A stretch of 64,000 nucleotides of DNA from an uncultured SAR86 cluster bacterium (GTDB taxonomy: Bacteria > Pseudomonadota > Gammaproteobacteria > Magnimaribacterales > D2472), in NCBI GenBank assembly GCA_964275345.1, contig CAXYBK010000003.1, forward strand, positions 25,058 to 89,057, in the 5' to 3' direction. This document shows positions 23,903-33,381 of this stretch, in pieces. Every line of letters starts with the position of its first letter. Positions within the stretch are counted from its first letter, which is position 1. Both the position numbers and the translations under genes were made by a program. The notes beneath the pieces were generated by a model. That model did not search any database. It saw only the letters and a program-made list of their open reading frames with translations, and had not been told where the DNA came from.

Positions 23903-24889
23903 ATGTTAGTAGATCAAAAAATAGAATTACCAAAAAAAGCTGATATTAAAGTCAAAGTTTCAGATGTCTTTGGTTTTCCTTCTGAGCTTATCGTAGCTGC
24001 ATATAAAGAAAAAACACAATGGGTTCCTGAGATAGATAAATCCTACAAATTTGATCCTGAAACCACATTAGCAATTCTTGCAGGCTTTGAACACAATCGT
24101 AGAGTCATGATTCAAGGTTTTCATGGAACAGGTAAATCTACCCACATAGAACAAGTGGCAGCTAGATTAAATTGGCCTTGTCTAAGAATTAATTTAGATA
24201 GTCATATTTCTAGAATAGACTTATTAGGTAAAGATGTTATCAAGCTTCAAGAAGGCAAACAGGTAACGGATTTTAAAGAGGGCTTGCTTCCATGGTCTAT
24301 TCAAAATCCAGTGGCTTTAGTTTTTGATGAATATGATGCAGGTAGGCCTGATGTAATGTTCGTAATTCAAAGAATACTTGAGGTTGAAGGAAAACTAACC
24401 CTGTTAGATCAAAATAAAGTATTGTCGCCTCATCCTTCTTTTAGACTTTTTGCTACCACTAATACAGTAGGCCTTGGTGATGTTACTGGTCTATATCATG
24501 GCACTCAACAAATCAATCAAGGTCAGATGGATAGGTGGCATATTTTAACTACGCTTAATTATTTATCTGAAAAACAAGAATTTGATGTTGTAAGTTCAAA
24601 ACTAAAGAGCTTTAAATCAGCAAAAAATAAAAAGCTTTTAACTGAAATGATTCAATTAGCAACTTTAACCCGTGAAGGTTTTGCTAATGGTGATATATCG
24701 ACTTTAATGTCACCCAGGACTGTTATTTCTTGGGCCGAAAATTGGGTTATATTCAAAGATGTTAAAAAATCTTTTTCAGTTACCTTTTTAAATAAATGTG
24801 ATGATACTGAGAAACCAATTATTGCTGAGTATTTTCAACGCTGTTTTGGTGAAGACCTTGAGGAAAGTCACAACCCTCATACAAAATAA
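23903..24889 (+). CDS. cobS: CobS-type AAA+ (MoxR-like) ATPase, cobaltochelatase small subunit family
   Basis: 328 aa with Walker A GFHGTGKST and Walker B ALVFDEYD. Sequence and length are typical of CobS. Confidence 0.8.
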   Translation: MLVDQKIELPKKADIKVKVSDVFGFPSELIVAAYKEKTQWVPEIDKSYKFDPETTLAILAGFEHNRRVMIQGFHGTGKSTHIEQVAARLNWPCLRINLDSHISRIDLLGKDVIKLQEGKQVTDFKEGLLPWSIQNPVALVFDEYDAGRPDVMFVIQRILEVEGKLTLLDQNKVLSPHPSFRLFATTNTVGLGDVTGLYHGTQQINQGQMDRWHILTTLNYLSEKQEFDVVSSKLKSFKSAKNKKLLTEMIQLATLTREGFANGDISTLMSPRTVISWAENWVIFKDVKKSFSVTFLNKCDDTEKPIIAEYFQRCFGEDLEESHNPHTK

Positions 24890-24891
24890 GT

Positions 24892-26658
24892 ATGGCGTGG
24901 GTAAAGGATAGAGAAAACCTTCATATTGCAGCAATATCATCTGCAAAAGCTATTTCAAAAAATAAAGAATTAGCCTCAAAAAATACATCTTCCAATAGAT
25001 CTCCTAGTTTAGGACAAATATCTTTAACAGCAGCACCACGATCTTCAGCAAAGATAGGCGCATGGCGCGGTGAAGCAGATTTTCAGGCATTTTGGAATCT
25101 TTATCATAAAAACTTAGAAGAATTACCTTTAAAAAAAGATGCAAGAGAAATCTTTCAAGAACTAGAGCTATCCAGGGTAGAGATACTTGGTGGAGATAAA
25201 TATAAAGGCGCTAAGCAGAATATTATTGCTCATATAGAGCAAAAAAGTGCTGAATTGATTCATGAAAAGATACAAAGCCAACTTCCTTTTGCCATAAATT
25301 TATGGCTTAAACATGTTAATGGTTATAAGTTCTCAGGCGCAGCTAAGGATATTATTACTAACTTTAAAGACGTTTTTTTACCAGAAGATAATTCAGACTT
25401 AGAAACTGCTTTTATTAAAAGTCTCAATGATCAGCATGCTTTTGAAAAGGAGTCATTAAGGCTATTGCGACAACTCAATCTTTTAAAAGAGCATTCTAAT
25501 GATTCTATGGAAGAAGATGATGTGGAATCTCCAGGATCCATGGAGCAAGATAATGCTGAACTATCTGAATCTGGCATGGAGATTGAATCAGAAAATGTAA
25601 CCGAAACCTCTGATGAAATTAACGAAGTGGATGATGATCTTTTACAAGAAGCATCTATAGATATAGACGCTAAGTCTATCGAAGAAGAAATAGAGCTTTC
25701 AGGAAATTATAAGGATATTGAATCAGAGCAAACTGAAATACCTTACTCAATTTTTACAACAAAATATGACGAAATTGTTGAAGCTAAAGACCTCTCAACC
25801 AAAGAAGAGGCTTTGCGATTACGAAATCAATTGGATAATTTAATTAAACCCCATCTTACAACTATAGGAAAGTTAGCAAATAGACTGCAAAGACTTTTGT
25901 TATCTAAACAAAATACTAGTTGGAATTTTAATCTTGAGGAAGGCGTTTTAGATACTGCTAGATTAAGTAGAGTTGTAACTGAGCCTGGAGCTCCTTTAAG
26001 CTTTAAAGAAGAAACTGATAAAGAGTTTAAAAATACAGTTGTAAGCCTTTTAATAGACAGTTCAGGATCTATGCGAGGAAGATCGATAAGCTTAGCTGCA
26101 ATTTGTGCAGATATTATTGGCAGTACCTTAGAAAGGTGCTCTATAAAAACTGAAGTATTGGGATTTACAACTAAAAACTGGAAAGGTGGTGAATCAAAGA
26201 AACTATGGTTAACTAATGGCAGTCCAGGTTCGCCTGGCAGATTAAATGACATTAGACATATTATTTTTAAAAATGCTGATAATTCATGGAGAAGAGCAAG
26301 AAAATACTTTGGGGTAATGCTAAGAGAAGGTTTGCTTAAAGAGAATATTGATGGAGAAGCGCTTTCTTGGAGCTTTCAAAGATTATTAAAGAGGCCAGAA
26401 GAAAGAAAAATACTAATTGTTGTTTCTGATGGAGCTCCTGTTGATGATTCAACCCTCTCATCAAACCACCCGCTGTTTTTAGATGATCATTTACGCACTA
26501 TTATTACTTCAATTGAAGAAGACAATAAAATAGAGTTGTTGGCCATAGGCATAGGTCATGATGTTTCAAAGTACTATAAAAGAGCGATAACTATTCATAG
26601 AGCAGAAGAGTTAGGTGAAGTTTTACTTGAAGAACTGACTGACCTTTTTAAAAATTAG
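24892..26658 (+). CDS. cobT: CobT-type von Willebrand factor A protein, cobaltochelatase subunit family
   Basis: 588 aa with a central acidic linker and a C-terminal vWA domain with MIDAS-like motif DSSGSM and ..VVSDGAPVDDSTLS...AIGIGHDV. It lies immediately downstream of cobS. Confidence 0.8.
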   Translation: MAWVKDRENLHIAAISSAKAISKNKELASKNTSSNRSPSLGQISLTAAPRSSAKIGAWRGEADFQAFWNLYHKNLEELPLKKDAREIFQELELSRVEILGGDKYKGAKQNIIAHIEQKSAELIHEKIQSQLPFAINLWLKHVNGYKFSGAAKDIITNFKDVFLPEDNSDLETAFIKSLNDQHAFEKESLRLLRQLNLLKEHSNDSMEEDDVESPGSMEQDNAELSESGMEIESENVTETSDEINEVDDDLLQEASIDIDAKSIEEEIELSGNYKDIESEQTEIPYSIFTTKYDEIVEAKDLSTKEEALRLRNQLDNLIKPHLTTIGKLANRLQRLLLSKQNTSWNFNLEEGVLDTARLSRVVTEPGAPLSFKEETDKEFKNTVVSLLIDSSGSMRGRSISLAAICADIIGSTLERCSIKTEVLGFTTKNWKGGESKKLWLTNGSPGSPGRLNDIRHIIFKNADNSWRRARKYFGVMLREGLLKENIDGEALSWSFQRLLKRPEERKILIVVSDGAPVDDSTLSSNHPLFLDDHLRTIITSIEEDNKIELLAIGIGHDVSKYYKRAITIHRAEELGEVLLEELTDLFKN

Positions 26659-26727
26659 AAATTCCTATAGAATATAGACCAAGGTACTATAGATACCTGC
26701 AGATTTAAGAACAATTAAGGGAAAATT

Positions 26728-27834
26728 ATGAAAATAACTCACACAGATGGACCGCCTAAAGATTTACTATATTTTGATGAAGAAATGGATCTCCAACAAA
26801 AAGATGTTGAAGATGTAGCTGAAATTTTTAAAACTCCTTTAACAGGATCATATAACTGGGACTATACGGTCTCTGATAATAGAATTAAAAGACTCTATGA
26901 GCTTGGAAAAGAGCTTAACTGGAATGGTTCCCTTGATTTAAATTGGGACTACACTCATCCTGCAAATGAAAAATTAGTTGAAGCTGATGAGGATTTGCCA
27001 CATGAAACTTTAGAAGCTTATGAAAATCTTACGGAAGAAGAGAAAATTGAGTTTGATAGACATGACACTGCTGAACTTTTAAGCCAATTTTTACACGGAG
27101 AGCAAGGCGCTCTCTTGGTTGCTTCTCAGTTGGTTTCTTGTGCGCCAACATATAATGCAAAACTTTATGCAGCATCTCAAACATTTGATGAAGCTCGACA
27201 TGTTGAAGTCTTTAATAGATATCTTCAAGAAAAAATTGGAGTTCATTATCCAATCAATCCAAATTTAAAAGCACTGTTAGATAAAATCTTAACTGATGAA
27301 AGATGGGATCTAAAATTTATAGGAATGCAAATTATCATTGAAGGTCTAGCATTGGCTGCTTTCCAAATGTTAAAAATGTTAACTAAAGATCCTTTATTAA
27401 AACAACTTCTTCACTATGTGGTTAGAGATGAAGCAAGGCACGTAACCTTCGGTATTAATTACTTAGAAGATTTTATTAAAACTTTAACTCCTGAAGAAAT
27501 TGAGGAGAGAGCAGAGTTTGCCTATGAAGCATGTGTTATTTCAAGAGAACGTCTTATAAATACAACTGCAATGCAGAAGTATTTAAAAATGTCAGAAGCT
27601 GAGGCAAGAGAGTTCTCTCTAAGCACCAGTGCTAATGCTACTTTTAGAAACTTCTTATTTTCAAGAGTGATTCCAAATCTTTCGAGAATTGGCTTACTAA
27701 CTGACTCAGTAAGGCCTAAATTTGAAGCCTTAGGTTTATTAGAATATGAAAATGCTCCTGATGACTTTGAAGTTGATTGGGTTGAACTAGAGAAGCCTCT
27801 TGAAGAATTCGATAAAATACCTACAGCAATCTAA
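26728..27834 (+). CDS. ferritin-like diiron-carboxylate protein (AurF-like diiron oxygenase family), substrate unknown
   Basis: 368 aa with two E...DEARH-type ligand motifs (HGEQGA...FDEARHVE and IIEGLA...RDEARHVTF). Confidence 0.55.
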   Translation: MKITHTDGPPKDLLYFDEEMDLQQKDVEDVAEIFKTPLTGSYNWDYTVSDNRIKRLYELGKELNWNGSLDLNWDYTHPANEKLVEADEDLPHETLEAYENLTEEEKIEFDRHDTAELLSQFLHGEQGALLVASQLVSCAPTYNAKLYAASQTFDEARHVEVFNRYLQEKIGVHYPINPNLKALLDKILTDERWDLKFIGMQIIIEGLALAAFQMLKMLTKDPLLKQLLHYVVRDEARHVTFGINYLEDFIKTLTPEEIEERAEFAYEACVISRERLINTTAMQKYLKMSEAEAREFSLSTSANATFRNFLFSRVIPNLSRIGLLTDSVRPKFEALGLLEYENAPDDFEVDWVELEKPLEEFDKIPTAI

Positions 27835-29044
27835 GTTAATTTTCTTTAGTTTCCTTATCAGTATTAACTGTTATGGAGCTATTACTATTATTAATCCGTC
27901 TGATGATCCTTACGCAGATATTCAAGAAGCTTTAATCCTAGCTGAACCAGGTGATATCGTTAGATTAACAGCTGGGTTTTATGAACTAGAGGATAGTTTG
28001 TCAATTGATGTTGAAAATATTAGGCTTGAAGGCGAAGGTATTGATAAGACTGTTTTATCTTTTAAAAATCAAAAGTCTGGGGCTCAAGGTTTATCTGTTA
28101 CTTCCGATAATGTAGTTCTTCAAGATTTTGCAATTGAAGATGCAAAGGGTGACGCTATTAAAGTGAAAGGTGTTGATGGAATTAGCTTCATCAGAGTCAG
28201 AACAGAGTGGACTGGTGGCGTTAGCTCAGATAATGGAGCTTATGGACTTTATCCAGTTGAATCAAAAAATGTACTGATAGATTCCTGTGTTGCTATAGGA
28301 GCTTCGGATGCAGGAATTTACGTTGGGCAATCAGAAAATATTATTGTTAAAAACTCTAGAGCAGAATTCAATGTAGCAGGAATTGAAATTGAAAATTCAT
28401 ATTATGCTGACGTATTTGATAATCATGCAGAAAATAATACAGGAGGTATTTTAGTCTTTGACCTTCCAGATATTCCTCAACAAGGCGGCCATCATATAAG
28501 AGTCTATAGAAATAAATCTATTAATAATAATACTGATAATTTTGCTCCTGAAGGCAATATAGTTGGTGAAGTACCAAGAGGAACTGGCATTATTATTCAA
28601 GCTAATTCTCATGTAGAGATTTTTGATAATGATATTGGAGATAATGAAACAATAAATATTGCAGTAGTTACCTATGGTTATGAGACTGAGGATGAAAACT
28701 ATTACCCTCATCCTCGCGCAATACAAATTCATGGAAATAGATTTGGTAAAACGGGTTATAACCCTGATCTAGAAACTGGTGAGTTATCAACAATTCTATT
28801 TGAATTATCTAAAGGTAATATGCCTGATATTTTTTGGGATGGAATCATGCCTCTCCAACAAATCATATTTGGTCAGCCTGAAGAGGATAAACTTGTCCTT
28901 GGTGACAATGGTGATGCTTCTATTTTATCAATTAATGCTTTTAAGTATTTAATGCCTTTTATGGATCCTGTTGAAACAGATTATGAAAAATTTAGAGGAA
29001 CAATTTCACCTTTAGCTCCTGTAAAGTTAAGTGAAAAACTTTAA
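27800..29044 (+). CDS. secreted parallel beta-helix repeat protein (NosD/CASH-like)
   Basis: 414 aa with a TTG start (start uncertain), a hydrophobic signal-like N-terminus, and repeated GI.I..S....V..N motifs. Confidence 0.6.
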   Translation: MKNSIKYLQQSKLIFFSFLISINCYGAITIINPSDDPYADIQEALILAEPGDIVRLTAGFYELEDSLSIDVENIRLEGEGIDKTVLSFKNQKSGAQGLSVTSDNVVLQDFAIEDAKGDAIKVKGVDGISFIRVRTEWTGGVSSDNGAYGLYPVESKNVLIDSCVAIGASDAGIYVGQSENIIVKNSRAEFNVAGIEIENSYYADVFDNHAENNTGGILVFDLPDIPQQGGHHIRVYRNKSINNNTDNFAPEGNIVGEVPRGTGIIIQANSHVEIFDNDIGDNETINIAVVTYGYETEDENYYPHPRAIQIHGNRFGKTGYNPDLETGELSTILFELSKGNMPDIFWDGIMPLQQIIFGQPEEDKLVLGDNGDASILSINAFKYLMPFMDPVETDYEKFRGTISPLAPVKLSEKL

Positions 29045-30077
29045 AAATATTTTTCTTACTTTTCTTATCTTTGCTCTGATAAACGTTGAAGATGCTTGGT
29101 CTGATGTAAATGATACAGTGATTCAACAAAAAAAAATGGCTGCAAAATTGTCAGATTACGGTTTTTTTGATGATCTTAATATGCAATCACCAACTGATGG
29201 AGTTTTACCATATCAACTTATCACCCCACTTTTTTCTGATTACGCTGATAAATTAAGGTTTGTTTATATTCCTACTGGGGGTTTTGCTGAGTATGTTCCT
29301 GACAAAGTTTTTGATTTTCCTGAAGGGTCTGTACTAATTAAAACCTTTGGTTATTTAAATAATCATGAAAATTCCAACCTTGATAAACAGCTTTTGGAAA
29401 CTAGGCTGCTGATAAAAAAAGATAACAAATGGAAAAATGTAAGCTATGTTTGGAATGAAGAGCAAAATGATGCATATTTAAGCATTGCAGGAAAAACTAT
29501 ATCTACTCAATTTATTAATGAAAATGGTGATATGCAAGATGTTAGGTACAGGGTTCCTAATATTAATCAATGCAAGGAATGTCATCAATCTGGCAAAAGT
29601 ATTCAACCAATTGGTCCTAAGGCTAGAAATTTGAACTCATCTATTGATTACAACGATGGCTCAATGAATCAATTAGTTAAATGGCATGAAAAAGGTTGGA
29701 TTGATAAGGGTATGCAATTTAAAACAATGGAAGATTGGTCAAATGAGTCTGCTTCACTTGAAGATAGAACAAGAGCATATCTAGACATTAATTGTGGGCA
29801 TTGCCATATTGATGGAGGCTCTGCTGATACAACTGGTCTTTATCTTGATTTTACTGAAAATAGAAAAATACATTTAGGTTACTTTAAAAAACCAATAGCA
29901 GCTGGAAGAGCTAGCAATAATTTGAAGTACTCTATAGTTCCTGGAAAACCTGAAGAATCAATCTTATTTTACAGAATGCAATCTCTTGATCCTGGAATTA
30001 TGATGCCTGAATCCGGAAGAGCTCTTGAGCACAAAGAGGCTATAAAACTTGTAGAAGATTGGATTAAAAGCTTATAA
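29031..30077 (+). CDS. putative dihaem c-type cytochrome (HNE_0200/SO2930-like family, from memory)
   Basis: 348 aa with a signal peptide and two CxxCH motifs (CKECH, CGHCH). It overlaps the beta-helix gene by 14 nt. Confidence 0.55.
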   Translation: MKNFKNIFLTFLIFALINVEDAWSDVNDTVIQQKKMAAKLSDYGFFDDLNMQSPTDGVLPYQLITPLFSDYADKLRFVYIPTGGFAEYVPDKVFDFPEGSVLIKTFGYLNNHENSNLDKQLLETRLLIKKDNKWKNVSYVWNEEQNDAYLSIAGKTISTQFINENGDMQDVRYRVPNINQCKECHQSGKSIQPIGPKARNLNSSIDYNDGSMNQLVKWHEKGWIDKGMQFKTMEDWSNESASLEDRTRAYLDINCGHCHIDGGSADTTGLYLDFTENRKIHLGYFKKPIAAGRASNNLKYSIVPGKPEESILFYRMQSLDPGIMMPESGRALEHKEAIKLVEDWIKSL

Positions 30078-30146
30078 AGTATCTTTTAATTTGTTTTAAA
30101 GCCCATAGATACTTATTATAGAAAACTAATTAATGGAGATTATTTT

Positions 30147-30947
30147 ATGTCTAAACATTCAGCAATAAATAGATTTGGTCAGTCAGGCAATCCTGCATTT
30201 AAAAGAAATTTTAATCAGAGTGGATTTAGAACTCAATCATCTAGTGAAACGAATGCAGGTAGTGGATTTAGAACAACCTCATCAACTGCTGAGGCTACTG
30301 ATCTAATGACTTTAGATGGCTCGGTTAATAAAACGGGCATTTTACTTGCTCTTTGTTTTAGTGGTGCATTTGTAGGCTGGAATAATCCGGTATTAGCGTT
30401 TCCATGTGCCATATTAGGATTTATCTTAGCTATGGTGACAATTTTTAGAAGTCCTGAAAAGGTTGCATCAACAGCTCCCTTTTATGCTATATCACAAGGT
30501 ATTTTTCTAGGTGGAGTAACAATGTTTGCTGAGGGTGCGTTTCCAGGTATAGCTGTTCAAGCTTTGGGGTTAACTTTTGGCATTATGGCATCTTTATTAT
30601 TCTGTTATAAAAGTGGAATTATTAAGCCAACTGAAAATTTTAGACTGATGCTTTTCTCAGCGACTGCTGGAATAGCTATTTTATATCTTGTAAGTTTTGT
30701 TATGTCTATGTTTGGCTCTCCTATTGGATTTATTCATTCTAATGGTCTTATGGGAATAGGATTTTCTGTATTTGTTGTTGGTATTGCTGCGCTTAACTTA
30801 GTTCTAGATTTTGATTTTATTGAAGAAGGTGCTGAAAAGGGACTCCCTAAATATATGGAATGGTATGGCGCTTTCTCTCTTATGGTTACTTTAGTCTGGT
30901 TGTATCTTGAAATACTTAGATTATTAATGAAGATAAGAAGTAGATAA
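30147..30947 (+). CDS. Bax inhibitor-1/YccA family membrane protein
   Basis: 266 aa with a soluble N-terminus followed by about 7 TM segments and a basic C-terminal tail, typical of the BI-1/YccA family. Confidence 0.6.
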   Translation: MSKHSAINRFGQSGNPAFKRNFNQSGFRTQSSSETNAGSGFRTTSSTAEATDLMTLDGSVNKTGILLALCFSGAFVGWNNPVLAFPCAILGFILAMVTIFRSPEKVASTAPFYAISQGIFLGGVTMFAEGAFPGIAVQALGLTFGIMASLLFCYKSGIIKPTENFRLMLFSATAGIAILYLVSFVMSMFGSPIGFIHSNGLMGIGFSVFVVGIAALNLVLDFDFIEEGAEKGLPKYMEWYGAFSLMVTLVWLYLEILRLLMKIRSR

Positions 30948-30948
30948 T

Positions 30949-31155
30949 ATGAGTACATTTTTTTGGGTTTTAGTTATTGTGGGGTCTTTGTTTCTTATAA
31001 GTAATTTAGGAAAAGTTAAAGCATCTAAGAAACAAACAAATCGTGACAATAGAATAAATCGTTTTGGTAAACGTCAAAAGCAACCCAGAGGTCGACCAAC
31101 AATCATAGAAGGGCAAGCAGAGGAAATTAAAGAAGATGATAATGACATTAGATAA
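30949..31155 (+). CDS. small membrane-anchored basic protein (DUF2897-like?)
   Basis: 68 aa with one N-terminal TM (FFWVLVIVGSLFLISNL) followed by a Lys/Arg-rich then acidic tail. The start lies 2 nt after the preceding stop. Confidence 0.4.
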   Translation: MSTFFWVLVIVGSLFLISNLGKVKASKKQTNRDNRINRFGKRQKQPRGRPTIIEGQAEEIKEDDNDIR

Positions 31156-33359
31156 GGTGTTTATAAAGTTATATGGATTTATTCTTATTTTAGGCTTTAT
31201 GAGCCAATTAGTATTTGCTGTTGAAGAGAACAATCCAACAATAATTCAACCCGGTGCTCCTGGAGAATCATCTAAGAATCTTGATCCTAAAATAGCATCT
31301 AATATTGCTGATACTTCCTATATCAAAGCAGATGTTGATTTTCTTCAAGGTATGATCGTTCATCATGACCAAGCTATTGTTATGGCTGCAATGGCTAGAT
31401 AAGAGAACAAACAATAAAACTATTGTAGATTTAGCTAAAAGAATTGATGTATCGCAAGAAGATGAAATAAATTTTATGGAAAGTTGGCTTGCAGAACGTA
31501 GTGAGAATATTGCAGGTAAAACAAAATCACATCAGATGGATTCAGATATGCATGCGCATATGCATATGGTTGGTATGGCTACCCCTCAACAATTAAAAAA
31601 CCTTGCTCGATCAAAAAGTACAGATTTTGATCGTTTATTTTTACAACTAATGATTGCTCATCATGATGGTGCTCTTGAGATGGTAAGAGAGCTTAAAAAA
31701 TTCTCAGGCTCAGCTTACGACCCACTTCTAAATGAATTTGTATCTGACTTAGTGAATGATCAAGGTGTTGAAATTGAGCGAATGAATGTTATTGCTGTAG
31801 GGCTTTCAGATGATCCAAGGTCAGGGTTGACTGCTGGTTTGTATTTTGCTGATGAAGCTATTTTAAATATGGAATTAGTCACTTCATTAAAAAAACCAAC
31901 TGGCTTTTTTGATCCGAGTAATCCTGAAGAGCGAGGCTCAAAAGACCTCACTAAAAATGAAGATGAGGATAAAGTTGTGACAACTGAAAAAGCTGCAAGA
32001 TCACTTCGCTCTCCAATGTTAAGTTTTTCTAATACAGATATGGCATTTAGAGATGATTTGCTCGTTGCTGGAAGTTATCACGGCTTTAATATGTACAAAA
32101 TTGATAAAGATGGAATTCCAAATCTTTTATCATCAATAGTTTGTCCGGGTGGTCAAGGTGATGTTTCTATAGTTGGAGATCTACTCATCATGTCTGTTGA
32201 GCAACTTAGAGGTAGACTTGATTGTGGTCGTGAAGGTGTAGGCAGAGATGCAAGTCCAGAGCGTTTTAGGGGCATAAGAATTTTTGATATTTCTGATCTT
32301 TCTAGACCGAAGCAAGTGGGTGCTGTTCAAACATGTCGGGGCTCACATACTCATTCGGTAGTATCCGGTCCATCTGAAGACGGAAAAATTATTGTTTACA
32401 ACTCTGGGACGGCAAGTGTTAGAGATGAAGAAGAATTAGAACAATGTATAGGAAATATTCCTGGTGATGAGAGGACAGCTCTATTTAGAATAGATATTAT
32501 TGAAATTCCAATATCTAACCCTTCTGAATCCAAAATAGTTTCTAGCCCTGCTGTATTTGCTGATCTTGAGACAGGTGCTCTGGCAGGATTATGGCGAGGT
32601 GGAGATCATGGCGATGAAACTCAAGATACCAGCCGAACTGATCAATGTCATGATATTACAGTCTTCCCTTCAGCAAACATAGCTGCTGGAGCTTGTTCAG
32701 GTAATGGTATCTTATTTGATATTACTGATCCTTATAACCCTACTAGATTAGATGTTGTTACCGATGAGGGTTTTGCGTATTGGCACTCTGCAACATTTAA
32801 TAATGATGGCACAAAGGTAATTTTTACTGATGAATGGGGTGGTGGTGGTCGTGCGCGTTGTCGTGCATGGGATCCTCTTAACTGGGGTGCAGATGCTATT
32901 TATGACATTGTTGATAACAAACTTGAATTTAGAAGCCACTACAAGATGCCCGCTCCTCAATTAGAAACAGAAAACTGTGTTGCTCATAATGGCTCTATTA
33001 TTCCTGTACCAGGTCGTGATATTTTTGTTCAAGCCTGGTATCAAGGTGGAATATCTATAATGGATTTTACTGATTCAGCTAATCCAAAAGAAATAGGTTA
33101 TTTTGATAGAGGGCCTATTAACAAAGATATGTTAATTACTGGTGGTTATTGGTCTGCTTATTTTTATAAAGGCTACGTTTATGGAACAGAGATTATTCGT
33201 GGTCTCGATGTTTTTAAACTAGTGCCTAGTGAATATCTAAGTGAAGACGAAATTAGTTTAGCTTCAGAAGCACTACCAGAATCAGGCCCGGAAGTATTTA
33301 ATCCTCAACAACAAGTGCCTTTGGTTTGGCCGAATAATTCTGCAGATGCTTCTCTTTGA
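31136..33359 (+). pseudogene. secreted protein with two DUF305 four-helix units fused to an LVIVD-like beta-propeller; frame broken once
   Basis: ORF 31136..31402 has a signal peptide and ..FLQGMIVHHDQAIVMA. ORF 31365..33359 has ..IVDLAKRIDVSQEDEINFMESWL, a second LMIAHHDGALEM unit and then a ~450-aa repeat domain. A +1 shift near 31394-31400 joins them. Confidence 0.6.
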
Positions 33360-33381
33360 ATGTGTTTATCAAAACTAAAAG

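Noticed and set aside
25827-26252. 141-aa minus-strand ORF inside cobT.
   Set aside because: It is antisense to the conserved CobT vWA domain and has no motif support. It is a shadow ORF. The same reasoning applies to 28451-28732, 34791-35114, 39958-40194, 53739-53966 and 57008-57333.
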